Below the pieces are notes generated by a model. That model was given only the letters and a program-made list of their open reading frames with translations. It was not told where the DNA came from and made no database searches. A stretch of DNA of 64,000 bases, from NCBI RefSeq assembly GCF_004010195.1, contig NC_057751.1, forward strand, positions 2,882,379 through 2,946,378. The letters are read 5' to 3'. This document shows, piece by piece, positions 62,318-64,000 of this stretch. The number at the start of each line of letters is the position of its first letter. Within the stretch, counting starts at the first letter, position 1. The position numbers and the translations under genes were made by a program. The DNA is from Chiloscyllium plagiosum. Its lineage: Eukaryota.

Positions 62318-63828
62318 GCTGTCTGCCTTTCAGACACCTGTAACAACTGCTTTATCCACATTGTTGCACAGAATCCTATTCTATCTCTCACCCAGTCAGA
62401 CAGTACTATCCTCTCTCATCCATGACAATTTAAAGCCTCATATCACTAGCCGACAGAGAGTGAGGATCCTACTGAGTGGAGACCACTCTTTCTGAGGAAG
62501 CTCAAATGCTTGAGGCTTCACAGTTGTATGACTCAACAGATCATTGTCGGTGTTATTGGTGTGAACCAGAAACTGTACTGTTTGTCCTTTTTGGCAAAAT
62601 ATGCATGTCTGTCAACAGTGTTCTCCAGAAAGGTTTTGTGTGATGTGAGTCAGATTGTGGGAAGATTCTGAAGGTCCTCCGGGGTTGGCAATTCTGTGTT
62701 GGCAACAGTATGGTCAAACCGTTTGTGCTCTTCCCCTCAGGTGCACACCTGGAAGCGGAGTGTCACACAGGACTGGAAGTACACAAGGTCTTGTGTCAGA
62801 CTGGGTCAATGTGGCCCCACCTGAGCCAGAGATTGCACATTGAAGTCTCACTCCAGGATTCGATGGCCACAGACACTGTGTTCACAACCTGGCCAAGCAG
62901 AATGAGTATTAGTGTGTAAATCCTTCCAACCTGCCTGAGGCAGCAGCTGTGTCAGTGTGTGTGTCGGTGTATGTCTGTGTGCGTGCAGAGGGCAGCGTCC
63001 TGGTCAGCTTAAAGCAGAGGGTGACTGCAGCCCAACAGCCTCTCCATGGTTAAAACCTCCACACGCAGGTTACTGCCCTGGGCTGTACTGAATGCAGATT
63101 GCCCCCTACATTTGGAGGAGCTATCAGAAGGTAGAAGGCTGGGAGCCATGACACAGGTGATGGTCCACATTGACTGAGGACCACGTGCAAACATTTTGTT
63201 TGGCTGCTCTCCATCCACACGTAGGGGAGCTGTATTCTGTCGGAGAGTGCACAGGAGCAAGCCAACAAGATGGAGGCTTCTCCTTCTGGGGTCTGCCATC
63301 TTCCTTTTCAGGGGTTCACAAGCTGCAAGGCTGATTCAACTGTTCACCTGAGGAGCATCATTGTTCCAACAGCCGAACCAAGTGTCATCAAACACAACGG
63401 AGCTAGGAATAATCAGGGGCCAGCTATTTCATTGGAATGCTGAGCCAGCTGACATTGGTTTCGGCCTCAATGCAGGAATTTTACACCGGGATTGCGGCAT
63501 GTCTGGAGGGGCAGAGGGTGAGGGGTTCAAATCAAATCAAGTTCACTGCGAAACAAGGAAGAGATTGAAAGTGATGGTCACCAATAAGATGGGCCAAACA
63601 ACCTGGCACACAGCCACTGTGGAGATTCAGTCAGGCACGGACAAAATAAAATGTTCCCATATTGAGGAAGTCATCCTTGTTCTTATACTAAGTACTTTAT
63701 TCACTCTGTATGCCATTGTGCAACTACTCAATGAGGAGAAAGTGAGGACTGCAGATGCTGGCGATCAGAGCTGAAAATGTGTTGCTGGAAAAGCGCAGCA
63801 GGTCAGGCATCGTCCAGGGAACAGGAGA

Positions 63829-63862
63829 ATCGACGTTTCGGGCATAAGCCCTTCTTCAGGAA
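63829..63862 (-). ncRNA. Minimal hammerhead (family B), left arm
   Basis: UUC CUGAAGA A GGGC-UUAU-GCCC GAAA CG UC|GAU. Confidence 0.7.
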
Positions 63863-63896
63863 TTCCTGAAGAAGGGCTTATGCCCGAAACGTCAAT
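63863..63896 (+). ncRNA. Minimal hammerhead (family B), right arm
   Basis: UUC CUGAAGA A GGGC-UUAU-GCCC GAAA CG UC|AAU; the first stem I pair is disrupted. Confidence 0.55.
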
Positions 63897-64000
63897 TCTC
63901 CTGTTCCCTGGATGCTGCCTGACCTGCTGCACTTTTCCAGCAACACATTTTCAGCTGCAACTACTCAATGCCTGTTCTCTGTCAACTCTATTTATAGGAG

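Larger units (their letters stand above)
63734..63955. mobile_element. Family B fold-back with 15-bp TSD and back-to-back hammerheads
   Basis: Spacerless palindrome centred on GAATTC (63860-65); TSD tgcaactactcaatg at 63719-33 and 63956-70. Confidence 0.95.

Noticed and set aside
1..64000. CRISPR array, rRNA or prokaryotic operon
   Set aside because: No regularly spaced repeats, rRNA motifs or gene-dense regions; the recurring palindromes are dispersed Penelope pLTRs.

Overview
Repeat-dense vertebrate DNA with no host protein-coding gene that I can recognise. The repeat set (HER1/CR1 LINEs, HE1-type V-SINEs, Deu-domain SINEs, Penelope-like elements) points to a cartilaginous fish, probably a shark; this is an inference. 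Almost all long ORFs are broken CR1 reverse transcriptase or Penelope GIY-YIG endonuclease remnants. The most striking signal is RNA-level: at least five different Penelope-like families each carry a minimal type-I hammerhead ribozyme motif. These motifs covary in stems I and II, keep a palindromic 4-nt stem III (ACGU or AGCU), and one family has a compensatory U3-A8 core. Many copies are short fold-back insertions with 11-16 bp target-site duplications (TSDs) and an unpaired 32-46 nt tail. Also present: a Tigger/pogo-like MITE, solo LTRs, a Harbinger Myb relic, a strong CTCF motif, CNE-like AT-rich blocks, a few unassigned candidate exons and two assembly gaps. All family names come from motif recognition, not database searches. 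Boundaries of old repeats are approximate.
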